From contig NW_003314324.1 in NCBI RefSeq assembly GCF_000143415.4, positions 1,067,379 to 1,131,378 of the forward strand: a DNA stretch of 64,000 bases. Direction: 5' to 3'. Shown one piece after another: positions 23,528-36,413 of the stretch. The stretch comes from Selaginella moellendorffii (taxonomy: Eukaryota; Plantae; Lycopodiophyta). Both the position numbers and the translations under genes were made by a program. Positions within the stretch are counted from its first letter, which is position 1; every line of letters starts with the position of its first letter. A model generated the notes under the pieces. That model was not told where the DNA came from. It made no database searches and was given only the letters and a program-made list of their open reading frames with translations.

Positions 23528-25114
23528 TCAAACCTTCGTCACGCGTTTGCGCACCGAATACGTAGTCACGCCATCGTGGAAGCCCGTCTCCAGTTTTTGA
23601 AGCTTCACGAGTATCAGGAGGCATGCCTTCTGGATTTGCGGTTCTGCATAAGTTAAACCCACGATCATCCAAATGAGAACTGCCGAGGCTTAAGCTTACC
23701 GTACGCCAGAGACAACAGATCATCTGGTTTCAGCGCTTTTACGTCATCTGTGGGCTTCCCACATAGGCTGTCAGTCTTTAGGGAGAACAGATTGTTCAGC
23801 TTAGAAACAAACTCATTGAGTAGCTGAACAGAAAAGAACACTTCAAGATAATGCCAGCTGAAAACTAATAGCACATTACCTCTATGGAGACCTGCCACTT
23901 GAGCCACGATGGCGCAGCGTTAAATTCTTCAGAGGCCACAGGCTCCAGAAGGCCAGTACTCGACCCTGTACAAAAGATTAGATAGAAAAAAATGTTGTTA
24001 CGGAGAAACTAACGTACCGTTACAGTTAAGCGGCCGCTTATCGACAAGATCATCGGCAGAGCCGAGCTCAAGCTCTCGTAGGCTCCTTCAAAACAAAAGA
24101 TATAAAATTGATCTCATTCGCAATGAACAGTAAAAGTACCTAGAAGAACTGTTTCGAGAGACTTGTTCTTTAGATGGTTCTGTTACTAAGTGGTGTACAG
24201 CCGAATCCGAGTCAACAATGTGAGCAGTATCTGCATCATGAAGTGTATCAGTGGTAGAAACAAGAATCAAAATACTTGACGATATACCTGCGTCAGGGAC
24301 GGAGAGAGCAGCAAGACTGGACGCTGATAAACCGAGATCCTTCAAGCTAAGGGACTCCAGATACCTGCACTCTAGTTAAGATCAACTTACACAGAAGAGC
24401 CAGTCCTTTTTTTTTTTGGTTTGGATACGAAGAACCAGTGTGATCACGCCTTTTGTCAAGCGTGGCAGACACTCCTTCTCTTTGGACCTCTAGATAAGCC
24501 TCCTTGATATCTTGCCTGGCTTTGGCTTCGTAGCTTTCTTCCGCAAGAGAGAAGTCATCACCTTGAACAGTTACTTCTGTGACAGCCTGGGAAAAATTCA
24601 AGGCAACAAGTTGAAAACTCGTAGAAAACTAGGAAAATCTAAGCAATCGAGCAGCTCCTTCTGTCTATCAAAGCATACTCACAAGGAATAAAAAAACACC
24701 ACAAGAACTCAAGAAGGCAAAAGAGAAAGCATACCTCTTGCGATTGCTTGTAGCCATGCCGTTCAAGCTCCATCTCTAGCAGGCGATTGGTGTCCTCGTT
24801 TTTCTTGTACACCTCGTTGCAATGGCCGAGTAGCTCGTGGAAAGAAATAGTGCCCATTGTCACTGCCTTGAGAGTTTCTAGTCGAGCAGTCACCGATAGA
24901 ACCCTGTCGTTGAGCTGATCCACAAACCTAGCAGCGGCTCCTGGACGAAGAAGAACCTAGAGAAAGCGTCCAGGAGAGATTGCTTACCAGATTCTTCCAG
25001 CGCTGTTACTCGGCCAATGCTGGTGTGCAGGCTTGTGCATTGCGTCTCCAGACGCGAGCAAAATCCCCGGAGCTCCGCGCAGAAATACGAGACGAGGCGC
25101 GGGCAGTCATCCAT
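23528..25114 (-). CDS. SKA3: Plant spindle- and kinetochore-associated protein 3-like
   Basis: FCAELRGFCSRLETQCTSL, GTISFHELLGHCNEVYKKN, LKDLGLS and last exon CLLILVKLQKL match my recollection of plant SKA3. Confidence 0.75.
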
Positions 25115-25199
25115 GGCTGGATCACGAGAAATATTTTAAATCAAAACCCTAACCCTCTAGAAATGTTAAACCTAAGAGTTTTAGTAAAACCTAAAGTTT

Positions 25200-26090
25200 A
25201 TATTTTAAACAAAATTCTGTGAGAGAATAGTTTTCCATTAAATTACAGTTTATTCAATTTTTTTTTTAAAAATGCAATTTAACATCTGCTTCTAAATCTA
25301 TGGCACTAATATTATTAATGTTAAATAATATAATATTAAATTTAAAATACTGATTAAAATACTTTTCAAATTTCAATAAATTTTAATTCCATCAAAACCC
25401 TTTAGCATAAACGTTAAATGGATGTTTTTTTACTTCATGGGAGAATATAAAGTTTTAACTTATATATATATATATATATACATGGTGGTTATTAATGATT
25501 AATTTATAAAAAAAGTTAAAGTGTTTTTGTTGAAAAATTTTAATATAATAAATATATATTTTACTATGTTTCAACATTCTTTTAAAATCACATTTAATAA
25601 TAAAGATTATGACTAAAATCTATAATAATCTTAAATACATTTGTTTAAAATTTATATTATTTTATTGCTATTAAAGTTTTTATTTAATTTATTTCATATT
25701 TTATATTATTTTTCATTAGAGTTTGAAAGTGATATTTACTATCATATGCATTAAAAATGATCACTATTAACTTAAATAATAGGAATTTCTTGAGTTGTAA
25801 AAACAAAAATTTTAATTCACACAAATAAACATGATTCAAATTTAGGATAATATATAAACTGCAATCTTTGAGAAAGTCATTTGAAAAATAATAAACATTA
25901 AAACTACTAACAATTAATTAAATAATTATATATTATTTAACTTACATAAATTCATAATATCAATATCAACATCAATAATCTTTAATGTATGATCTCCATG
26001 GAAAGCAGATCTTTTAAGCTGGCACTTCAAACAATTACCAAATTCATTCTATTTGAGTTCTAATATGCACATAAAATAATCTTCATATAT
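25200..26090. other. Extremely AT-rich noncoding island
   Basis: Abrupt compositional shift, no ORFs, (TA)n tract near 25460. Confidence 0.8.
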
Positions 26091-26120
26091 CTTTTCGTCA
26101 TCATCACGGTTCTTCTTCCA

Positions 26121-28274
26121 TCAGGTCTGCATTTCCATCATCCATTAATCCCAAATGCAATCAAGCATCTAGAAGAACACTTACGGAAGTTCGATAAGGT
26201 ATGCTTCTCAGCTTGGTGGCCGCAACCGATGGATCCAACGCCAGCCCAGCGGCAGTTGATCCTGTTAATCCTGCTTGCCTCTGGTAGAAGCTCGCAGCCG
26301 CAGCAGCAACATTCTGGATGTCTGTCCATGCGCCAGCGCCTTGAGCTCCCAGCAATCCCGCCATGCCAAATGCTCCAGCGGCAGCCTACGCGTTCATCAC
26401 AAGTTTAGCATAGGAAAAGTATGAAAAAGACACTAGAACTGCTTAACAAAGTACCTGTTGCTGGAGAAGCAGAAGCTGCAAAGCCGGGTCAAGCTGGCCC
26501 ATGCTAAACGGCAGTCCTCCTGTGGCCACGATCATTTCACTGCAACAGAGACAGAGAGAGTTCCAAAGAATACAACTTCGAAGAAGAAACACTTTAAAAA
26601 GTTTGAAACTTACCTCTTGGTGGCTCGGAAAAGCTCGATGTAGCGGGAGCCAATGTTGTTGCGGTGGCGTTCCATGGCCCGCTGTGCCTCCTTGGAAGAG
26701 ATAAACTCCACAAACGCCTCCCCCGTCGGACGGTCTGTAGCTCCAATCACGACGTAGATTCCATTTGGGACGATCCTGTAGCCTTGGAAAAACTCCGTAA
26801 TCTCTCTGGGTCCGGAATTGTATGGAAGACCCCGCATCTTAATGCACACGTCCTCCGAAATGTCTCCTATAGCTCCAGGCCCCGGCGATTGTACTGCTCC
26901 TAAGTTTAAAGCCCCTACTCCTTGCATTCCATATCCTCCCAACATACCAGGAATCTAAGACCACAGAAAAATTAGTTTTTTCTTTCAGAAAAACAAGACT
27001 CAACTTACTTGGCCGAGAGATCCAACTGGTGACATGTTACCAACACCAGCGAACCACAGCTTTTGTTGAACTGAAGTCATCATCTCCCCTTTTGTACTTT
27101 TGAAAAGCTCCACATAACGCTGAAATGGACACGAAGGCGTCAAAAGGCGATAAAGAAAAACGTAAAACGATAACCGGAAAACAAACTTACCGAGCCCATC
27201 GGCTCTCTGTGGAGCTGCATCGCTCGAGCGGCTGTTTCTTCGTTAATAAACTCCACAAATGCCTGTAGTGGCCAGATTTGAAGAGAAAAAACTAAGAGCC
27301 ATTAAACGGTAGGTCCAAAAAGGCTCACTTCACCAGTTGGTCGGCCATCAGCATGTGTACACAGGAAAATCCCATCCGGAGCAACTTGCATTCCCTTAAA
27401 GAAGGCCATGATATCGGCCGATGTGCAGCTGAAACCAGCAAGAATAAACGTGAGGACAAGCAGGGAGAATTGTTACTGCTCAACTCACCTGTAAGGCATT
27501 CCTCTCATGCGCACAACCCCCGTGAAACGCATGTCGGGATTACCAGCCATGCCAGGAATCCCAGTCCCTTGCAAGCCTGCTGCTCCATAGGCGCCGGAAC
27601 TCCCTCGGCCGGCCATTCTCATAGCTCCCTGTTGAACAAACATTAGCTAAGAATTCGCCATTTCGAGAGCAAAAAACCTGCATGTCTGCTGGATGGCCCT
27701 TGAAAACTTCTATGTAGCGGCTTCCAATGTGTTGCCTGCGTCAAAGATCTTATTTGATATCGGGGTGACACAAATCACAAACCTGTTTCTTTCGAGGGAT
27801 TTATTAGCCAGCTCAGCGGTTGCAAACTGGACATAAGCTTGGCCAGTGGACCTCCCTGAGCAACCAAAACTTAGCAAACAAACAAAGCAAGCTTGGGTGT
27901 TTGTTACCTTGAAAGTTGACACAGATAACGATTCCATCAGGCCCGAGGTCCAGACCCCGAAAAAACTCTTTAATATCAACCTCCGTGGCACTGAAAGGAA
28001 GTCCTCGGAGTCGAACAACATTGCTTCGCTTCCTGACACACGCAAGTTTCACGGGTGAGGCCTCAGAGTGTTTGTTTACCGGAGAAAGTAAAAACAAAGT
28101 TAAAAATCTCCTCCATTTCCCGGTTCCACGATCATAAGTTCTTTGAGCAGAAAGAGCAAGCAAAGAGCTCAGTAGTAGCAGCAGCGCAAGTAGCAGTGGA
28201 GCAATCAACACAAGTAGCACTCACAATTCATCATCGAGAGCACTTCCTCCCACCAGCCCTCCTAATCCCGCCAT
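26121..28274 (-). CDS. hnRNP F/H- / ESRP-like protein with three quasi-RRMs (5' end uncertain)
   Basis: VVRLRGLPFSA, GVVRMRGMPY, CIKMRGLPYNS, RPTGEAFVEF, GSRYIELF / RYVELF. Confidence 0.85.
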
Positions 28275-29619
28275 GGTCCAAATCCAAACCAATGTGCTGC
28301 AGTTAAATGCATGTCAAGAGAGAGGCAGCAGCATCACCCAGGAATTCTTCTTTCGGGAGCCCAGGCCCATAGTTCTTCCTTAACTTCTTACGTGAAAGAA
28401 CGAAAGAGAGAAAATAAAATAAAATAAAGGAGCGAGAGAGACAAAAAGAAAGAGATGGGAAAAAACAATCGAAAGAAAGAAATATGCCAGGAAAAAAATT
28501 CAAGCAATCTCAAAGTAACCTTCAATCGATCGATCGCCCGCGCTCGTCGCCCAGGGCGCACAGCGAGAGAGAAATCCCTGGAGCAGCAGCAATGAGAAAA
28601 CGCGGGGATGGAAAAACCCTAACCGCAAAATTCGCCGCAGGGAGGAGATTCTAGCGACGCAATGCGGCAGCGCCGGCGATCCGATCGATCCAGCTCGAGC
28701 TCGGCGCTGGAAACTGACACTGGCGCGCGGCGCTGGCGGCGACGATCATCCTCCAAATCCCCCGGACGGGAAGAAAATACCACCAAAGAATATTCTCGGA
28801 CAATGTCGGGACTCGCCACGTGGACGAGAACCCCAGATATAGTCTTCTTTAGGGTTTCGCAATAACGAGAAATAGTGCCACGTGGGTGAAATGTGTACGT
28901 CCGTTGCGCAGATGCTATTTTGCCCGCGTGGCGGGGGTCATAACTCAAATTTCATCTCTCTTCTTCAATTTGACCTCTCCCTCGGTATTGACTACAGTAA
29001 GAATGCGGCAACACAAAACGCCATAGCCAAACCATCACAGGCAACAAACCCTTGTTTCTTCCTCTTTCTTTCGCGTTTCCTAGGAGGACGGCGGCGGCGC
29101 GGCGAGCTCGGGGAGCTCGAGCAGGCATCGAATCGATTGGCGCTCGTCGGCAGGAGCTCTCGCGGCAGCAACGGCGGCGCCGCCGCCTTAACGGCGCCGC
29201 TGCATTCATCGGCTCTCCAATCCGGCCGGCGCTCCCGGCTCTGGATCGCGGCATTAGGTGCGGCGGCGCGGCGTCACAGATGGTACGCTTGGAGCTAGGG
29301 TGAGATTTCTCGCCGCTTTCGCCATTGCTCGCGGCAGGACGGGGCATGCGGTAGAGCGCGTCATTGCACCGGCCGGTGCGGTGGGTTCTTTTCCAGAAGG
29401 TGAGCTATTCTCCTTTCTTCTTGCTTTTCTCGTTGATTGCGCTATGGCGCACTTTTGGGGGTTTTGGAGAATCGATTGCATTTGCGGCATTCATTGTGTG
29501 AGTTTTTTGTGAGATCGTGATGCAAGGTTGGAGTCCTTTGCTTGCTTGTTGCATTCCATTTTTGCTGCTGTTGCTGTTCTAAATCCTGTTTTTTTTTTCT
29601 CTCTTTTGTTCTTGTAGGT

Positions 29620-31051
29620 ATGTTTAAGAATCAGCTCCAAGAGCTTGCTCAGAGGAGCTGCTTCAATCTTCCTGCGTATTCGTGTATAAGAGAGGGCCCC
29701 GACCATGCCCCTCGATTTAAGGCCACTGTGAATTTCAACGGGGAGGTTTTTGAGAGCCCAACATACTTCAGCACACTGCGGCATGCCGAGCATGCTGCTG
29801 CTGAGGTTGCTCTCAATACTCTATCTCGGCGAGGGCCTCCACAATCGTTGGCTGCGAGGATTCTGGTAAAAGAATGATTTTGTCGGTGTTGTGAGATCTT
29901 AATACTATTTGTGCTTTTGTTTTTTAGGATGAGACTGGAGTATACAAGAATCTCCTGCAAGAGACTGCCCAGAGGGCTGGTGTTCCATTGCCTATTTACA
30001 CCACGGTGCGCTCGGGGCCCGGGCACTTGCCGGTTTTTACTTGCACAGTGGGGGTAGGGGGTATGATTTTTACTGGAGAAGCTGCGAAAACGAAAAAGCA
30101 AGCAGAGAAGAACGCGGCCATGACCGCATGGAGCTCTCTCAAACAATGTAAGTTCTTTGATGTCGAGAACGCGTGTTTGATGATTGAGAGTATTTGTTTT
30201 TCACAGACGCGAAGCAAGGTGGAACGTCAGCAACTTTATTGGAGTCGGAAGTGACCGAAGAACAGGAGCAGAATTTTGTAGCGCGTGCATTAGCTAGAGC
30301 TCACGGCAAAGACGAGAGGAGCGTGCTGCTCGCCCAGCAGTCGACGCCATCGAGGACGAGATTGCTACCGGGAGGTGGTCACAGCGGGCAGTATCATCCC
30401 GGGAGTTGGCTCCTCGACGCCAACTCGGAGACGTCCCAGTCTCACAGGTTTATGCACAGCTCTCAACACCACAGCAACGGCATGGTTCTTGGGAATGGTC
30501 ACTCGTACCGCTCCATACCGCGACGAATGCCACCAGGGGCAGGGACTTCTCGTGACGTTCCTGGCATCGTTCCCAGCCGGAGCATGGCAGGAAACATGCC
30601 AAGGGTGATCCCAACGCAGCTGCGAAGCATTCCTACGGTCATTCGCAGGGACAGACATGACATAAGTGTGCCTCTGGAAGAGCACCAGAGGGACGAGGAC
30701 GAATGGCTTAGAGGCGGCAGCAGCGAAAGCAAACAGGATGATCGCAGGGAGCTTAGAGACTCGGAGGCGAGCAGCTCCAGCTTCAGCTCAATGTGGTCGA
30801 ATCCATCGTCGTCTCACTCTCGTTCGCCGTGGTGGGGGATGTCTTCTCCGGCTTCTTCAGGATTCGACGGCATGCCGGGGCCGCCTTACCGTGCCGGCTA
30901 TGGAATGGCTCAGCCTGTGAGGATTCGCTCGGTGGTGGCTGTGAGTGCCGCGCCGCCTCCTCGGCGTCCCGAGCCGCGAGTCGAGAACGAGAGTGATTCC
31001 AACGATGGTGAAGCGGCTACTCGTCAAGTGCTGAGCCAGCTGAGTTTGTGA
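29620..31051 (+). CDS. DRB2: Double-stranded RNA-binding protein, DRB2/3/5 clade, 3 coding exons
   Basis: MFKNQLQELAQRSCFNLPAYSCIREGPDHAPRFKATV, second dsRBM YKNLLQETAQR..KTKKQAEKNAA, PVRIRSVV motif. Confidence 0.92.
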
Positions 31052-31433
31052 GATGGACAAAGGCAACGAAGATGGCGATCGATCGATCAATGCGACGAAG
31101 ACGAAGGAGACCAAAGAAGCAGTGGAAGAGGAGGAAGAACAGAGGAACTCTGGGATTGAGGAAGAGGATCAAAGAGGCTGGAAGGACGAACGAAGCTATA
31201 TCTTAAACGAGGACGACTTGGATGGAGAATGAGGTTGGTGTTTTTGTCTTCTTTTTTTCTCTTTTTTTTTTCCTTGATTTGCATTCATTATATAAATTAT
31301 GGGAAAATTTTCAAAGGCCTTGCGCTAGGGCAATTAAAAACGTTTCTAGGGTTTTTGGAAGCGCTCTCGCTCACGACGATCGCCGGTGTCTCGCGGCTCG
31401 CTCCCTGCGCTGCGCTGCGCTGCCAATCGCGCC

Positions 31434-32788
31434 ATGCCTAGGTAAGATCGGCGCCTGTTCTTTCCAGTTCCGAGATGGATTCGATCGATTTGCTCCGTGT
31501 GATAGATACTACTGCGATTACTGTGATACGTATCTCACGCACGACTCGGTAAGGCTGGAGAGCTTGTTCTTCTTTCTTGCTGACCTACATTTTGTGTGCA
31601 GCCGTCGGTGAGGAAGCAACACAATGCGGGGTACAAACACAAGGTAAGGATTATCAAAATTTGTAGAGGAATGACGTCCTTTCTATCTTTCAGTGCTTAT
31701 AGTGTTTTTTAGTTCCACTCCTTTCTAGGATTTAAATGCTTTTTTTTCTATCTTTTGTTTGCTTTTTTTTCTATCTTGCGTTCACTCAATTCTTATAATG
31801 TTTTAGTTCCACTCCTTTCTAGTTTTCGTTTTCTTCATTCTGTGATCTTTTTAGTTCTGGATCCGTTTTTGTGATGAATTTTGATGTTCGATTTCATTTT
31901 AGTGTGTTCTTGTTCATGTTCGGTTTCGTGGTAGTGTGTTCTTGCGTTTTCGTTTCAGTTTTTTATTGCTTTCTGCTAGTTTTTATAGTTCTCAAGCTTG
32001 ACGTTTTTTTTTATCTTGTCTTTCCAGGCGAACGTCAGAGCTTACTACCAACAGTTCGAGGAGCAACAGACCCAAAGCATCATCGACCAGAAAGTCAAGG
32101 AGCACCAACACATGGCCGCGTTCCAGGGATTCAAGCAGATGGTGCCAGTGCTCTCACGGCCAGGCATGGGACTGCCGGGCTCGTCTCCGGCACCAATGAT
32201 ACAACCAATGCGTCCTCCAGTGATGCATCCTGGTGCACCAGGTGGAGGTGAGCGAAAACTTCTCCATTCATTCCAATTCCGCTTTTCTCTTGTCTCGTCT
32301 TTGTTTGTTTATTCACAGCCAGAGTCTGCAAGTCTTTACAGTCCCTCTAGTCTTTTCTGCGGAAGCATTTGACTGACATGCAAGCGTTTTTTTCTTTTTC
32401 TTTGTGCCTTTTTTTCGCAGGCTATCCTCCTGGCCCCGGTGGATTCCGGCCCCCCGTAGCACCAGTTCCTGGCAACACGCAACCAAACGGCGTTTACAGA
32501 CCTCCAATGACACCACCGGGTGCTCCAGGTCGACCACCACCCGGTTCCACAGCTCCAAACGGTATGCCTTCTTCCGGTGGTGGCTACTCCCAGCAGCCAG
32601 TGGTACCTGGTCAATCCGGCGGCGGCGGCGGCGGTGGTGGTGGTGGTGGTGGTGGTGGCTATGGTGGCTACGGTGGTTATTCACAGCCACCACCGGGTCC
32701 CGGCTATGGTTCGCAGCCTCCTCCTCCTCGACCAGGTATGTCCTCTGGCTATGGTTACTCTCAACCTCCTCCAGGCAGCGGAGATTGA
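31434..32788 (+). CDS. SNRPC: U1 snRNP C protein
   Basis: [38 protein letters not shown] followed by a Pro/Gly-rich tail. Confidence 0.95.
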
Positions 32789-34273
32789 CAAACCAAGTTC
32801 CGCGATCTCGATCTCTCCGAGGGAAGTTCTCTTTTTCCTTGTTCTCAGCTCTACTTTTCGTCCCTTAAATGCGTTTTCTATTGCTTTAATACTATTGTGG
32901 TGGTGCGATTTAGCAGCAGCTAGATCGAACATGGCATGAATTTGTGGGACGAGAGCCGTGAATCAAAACGTGTTGTTCTTCCTCTATTTTTTTTCGCTCG
33001 CCGTTTGTTTTGGTTCTTCCAAGCCAGGGACGAAGGAAAGGACAGATTACCTGGGCGCGAGAGGCAGCCATCTGTACGTGTGGCAACTGGCTATGTGCTC
33101 AAAACGCGTATGGAGGCGATAGAGTGGTGTGCAATTCGCAAAACACGAGCACTTTTCGTCCGGTTAAAGATCGCGCCGCCCGCGTTGTCCACGTGTCCTA
33201 CGGACAGAATATTTATAAGAAGATTCCTGGAGATGCATCATGGGGTTAATGTCATGGCCATCATGTTTTTATTTTATGACCCATTCGATGGATTCATACT
33301 TTAATCTGAAATCATTGTCTTTCAAAAGTCTTCAGTTTTCAACAACTCACAAAAACACTTGCATTTTTTTTCATCATCAGTTTCGTGTTTCAAGAAGAGT
33401 AAATAGATAGATAATTCTACTTTGTGCATGACATAATCTGAGGTGTTATCATTGAAAACTATAATTTACTTCCAGATCTTAAATCATATCCCAGAAACAA
33501 CTATAAAATCGATAGAAAATCTTTACTTACTTAATCTATTATCATTACTCCACCATGAAAAGCAAGTCACTAAAGGCTGACCTGAATCAGAAGATGAATG
33601 AACAGCATGACATGACATGTCATGAACTCATACTATGGCCATTGTATGTATATAAAAAGTACATAAGTTAATCAATCAATAGAAGTACGACACGTGGACT
33701 ACGTGCGGACGTGCGCGGCGGGGGCAGTGTCCCAAAGAGAGCGAGGTAGCTTTGTTTCTTCCTGGGCATTACTTTATCATTTTTGCTTTACCTCCGCGTG
33801 GTAAAAAGCGGTGAAAGGGTTAAACCGTTCTCCCACTGCTTTGCATTTTTGTGTGTGTGGGGAGTAGTGTGTCCTTGTAACACAGTAGCGCCTCTCCCCG
33901 GCTAGGGTTTAGTGAAGCGCGCTGCCAAGAGGAAGAAGCGGAGGAGTAAGCAAGGGCGCGGCGCTAGCTCGCCACTCCATCTCGCGAATCTATCTATCCG
34001 CGCGACGAATGGTGTGCCGAAATCCGGTAGGGTGGGAGCAGCAGCAGTGATTCTCGCATCGGCGCCCTGGCTGGGAGATTTCGGCCGGCGGATGGGAATT
34101 CCGTGGCGCTGAATCCATTGGATCGGCCACGGATCAGGTGGATCGGCAGGACAAGACTTGTTCTAGAGCCGCGGCAGTGGCGGCAATTTCTTGCTCTTGG
34201 TCCGATCTGCCAGAGCTGACGGGGTTTCCAATGCGTTGCTGAGAGTGGTACGGAAGGCCGTAGCTCGGAGAAA

Positions 34274-36176
34274 ATGGGATGTATATTTTGCTTTGGAGGA
34301 GGCAAGCAGCAAGAGAGCCGGGTTGGAAGCAAGCCTGGAGCTCGGACGGCTCAACAGGCACCTGGGATCGTGGAGAAGGAGAAGTCGCTGGCAAAAATTC
34401 CCTCCGGTAAGATCGCTGGATGCCTAATTTTTGTTCGAGTTTTGGATGCCAGATCTCATGTCTACGTTTCTGGCTTTTCTTCCGTTTTTTTGCTACTATA
34501 GATAAGGTGAAGCCGGCAGCTTCTTTGGATCGCAAGAAGGAAAATGCACCCGGAGATTCCACTCCAGCCATTGCTGCTCAGACTTTCACGTTTCGAGAGC
34601 TTGCAGCAGCCACGAAGAACTTCAAGGCCGAGTGTCTCTTAGGTGAGGGTGGTTTTGGGCGAGTGTACAAAGGACGACTGGAGAATTCGGGACAGGTTTG
34701 TGGATTGGTTTTGTAGAGCGGTTTTCTTATACGTTTGTTGTTGTGAATTCAGGTAGTCGCTGTGAAGCAGCTGGATAGAAACGGATTGCAAGGCAATCGA
34801 GAGTTTTTGGTCGAGGTTTTAATGCTGAGTTTGCTTCACCATCCAAACTTGGTCAACCTCATTGGATACTGTGCAGACGGTGATCAGAGATTGCTAGTTT
34901 ACGAGTTTATGCCGCTCGGGTGTTTGGAGGATCACTTGCATGGTACGATACTTTCTCTTGGTCTTGACGGGCTTACCTTCCTCTTGTTTTTGCTAGATAT
35001 TCCCCCGGAGAAAGCCCCGCTCGACTGGAACACGCGCATGAAGATCGCGGCTGGTGCTGCGATGGGTCTAGAATATCTGCACGACAAGGCCAATCCGCCG
35101 GTGATTTACAGGGACTTCAAGTCATCCAACATTCTTCTTGACAACAATTTCCACCCAAAGCTCTCCGACTTCGGGCTTGCAAAGCTCGGCCCTGTCGGTG
35201 ACAAGACGCACGTCTCAACGAGAGTTATGGGGACTTACGGCTATTGTGCACCAGAGTATGCGATGACGGGACAGTTGACATTAAAGTCGGACGTATACAG
35301 TTTTGGAGTCGTGCTACTAGAGCTTATAACAGGTAGAAAGGCGATCGACAACTCAAGACCAGCTGGAGAGCACAATCTTGTGGCCTGGGTACGCAGCTTT
35401 GCTACTTTTAGTACTGACGATGTGGCAAAGCTTGTTGTTCTGACCGTTGTTTTGTTTTCATCCAGGCAAGGCCCCTGTTCAAAGACCGGAGAAAGTTCCC
35501 GTCCATGTCGGATCCGCTGTTGCAAGGCAGATATCCAATGCGCGGCCTGTATCAGGCTCTGGCAGTCGCTGCGATGTGCCTCCAGGAGCAAGCGGGCACG
35601 AGACCACTGATCGCCGACGTAGTCACCGCTCTAAACTATCTCGCCAGCCAGACATACGACCCCGGCGTTCATCCTCTCTCCAACAGCAGGCTGACGCCAC
35701 CATCGTCCAGAGAGAAGCGGGAGAAGGACAAAGAGAAAGAGAGGAAGCTGTCACTCGCAACTCCTGCTGCTGCTGCTGCTGCTGGTGATGATCGCGGCAA
35801 GAACAATGGCGTGCATTCTCCGAGCGTCACAGCCAAATCGTCCGCAAAGTCATCTCCAAATGTCCGTGTGAAAGACGAGGACAGTCCCAGGAACTTACTG
35901 GAGGAAGCCAAGCTGCACGATAGCAGCAAACAGCGAGAGGCGGACGACTGGGAGATGTACGACAGGAACTCGATGAGCCCCAGCCGCACCAACAAGATCT
36001 TCAAGGAAGGATTCAAGATCTTGGATCACGACCGGGAGAGAGCGGTGGCGGAAGCAAGGATCTGGGGGGAGAGCTACAGGGAAAGGAAGCGAGGCAACAC
36101 ACAGGGTGGTGGTGGGGGCGGCGGCGGCAGTGGTGGTGGCAGTGGTGGTGGTGGTGGTGGTGGCACCGATTGCTAG
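34274..36176 (+). CDS. RLCK-VII kinase, PBS1/PBL27-type
   Basis: MGCIFCF acylation motif, [47 protein letters not shown]-terminal [13 protein letters not shown]. Confidence 0.93.
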
Positions 36177-36302
36177 AGCGAGAAGAGCAGAACGAGCGAA
36201 TTTTGTCCTCTGAGCTGATGCCTCACGAGCAGGCCAGGTTTTAAAATTTACATTTCTCTCCCTCTCGCTGTTACAGTGATCTTTTCTTTTTTGTTCTTGT
36301 TG

Positions 36303-36407
36303 TATAGCTTCCAGAGCTCTTCTAAGTTCTCCGAGCGGCTATAGCTTCCAGAGCTCTTCCAAGTCCTCCGAGCGGCTATAGCTTCCAGAGTTCTTCCAAG
36401 TTCTCGG
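36303..36407. repeat. About 34-bp tandem repeat x3
   Basis: tatagcttccagag(c/t)tcttc(t/c)aagt(t/c)ctccgagcggc repeated between two convergent genes. Confidence 0.9.
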
Positions 36408-36413
36408 CTACTT

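Noticed and set aside
26121-32788. Cluster of RNA-processing genes (hnRNP F/H-like, DRB2, U1-C) as a functional operon-like unit
   Set aside because: Mixed orientations and a common gene class; chance adjacency is sufficient.
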